The position numbers were made by a program, and so were the translations under genes. The notes under the pieces were generated by a model. It searched no databases. It was not told the origin of the DNA and saw nothing but the letters and a program-made list of their open reading frames with translations. Positions 63,777 through 64,000 of a DNA stretch of 64,000 nt are shown here, one piece after another (positions within the stretch are counted from its first letter, which is position 1; every line of letters starts with the position of its first letter). Origin of the DNA: Chrysomallon squamiferum. Taxonomy: Eukaryota > Animalia > Mollusca. The DNA lies in assembly GCA_012295275.1 (NCBI GenBank), contig CM022675.1, positions 124,001 to 188,000 on the forward strand, given 5' to 3'.

Positions 63777-64000
63777 TTATTATTAGTAGTAGTAGTAGTA
63801 GTAGTAGTAGTATAATAGAGTACCGTAGACACACAGACACACACACGCATGCCGCTTTCTTTCTTTCTTTCTTTGAGTAGAAGAACAAGAACAACGACAA
63901 GAGCAAATACTACCAGCGCTTTATTTTTATTTTTTTTATTTCTTTGGGGGGTTTTTTTATTTTTTTTTTTTTTTATGTTTTTTCTCTGTGTGTGTGTGTG

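Overview
AT-rich, microsatellite-laden animal genomic DNA, probably a mollusc (judged from the 5S rRNA type), with one 200-N assembly gap at 7195-7394. Most of the window is a head-to-tail tandem array of six paralogous 10-exon genes on the + strand (A-F; ATGs at 5024, 18102, 35537/36042, 42513, 51743, 63405), which the ORF track shows only as fragments. Splicing them by hand gives a type-I membrane receptor: signal peptide, a C-type-lectin-like domain (CTLD) with a WSC domain inserted inside it, a second CTLD, a Thr-rich stalk, a TM helix and a Tyr-motif-rich cytoplasmic tail. The paralogs are exon-level mosaics with localized hypervariable patches and two tail classes. The WSC cassette is independently duplicated (B) or broken (D, E), and there are predicted secreted (A) and tail-less (D) variants. 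This pattern suggests a diversifying immune or recognition receptor family. Between the genes lie two copies of a captured rDNA piece (a 5S gene convergent with the 28S 3' end), a pogo/Tigger transposon relic, a 5.6-kb 17-bp satellite, a 30-bp satellite, interstitial TTAGGG repeats and an inverted duplication. All gene models are manual and lack transcript support.
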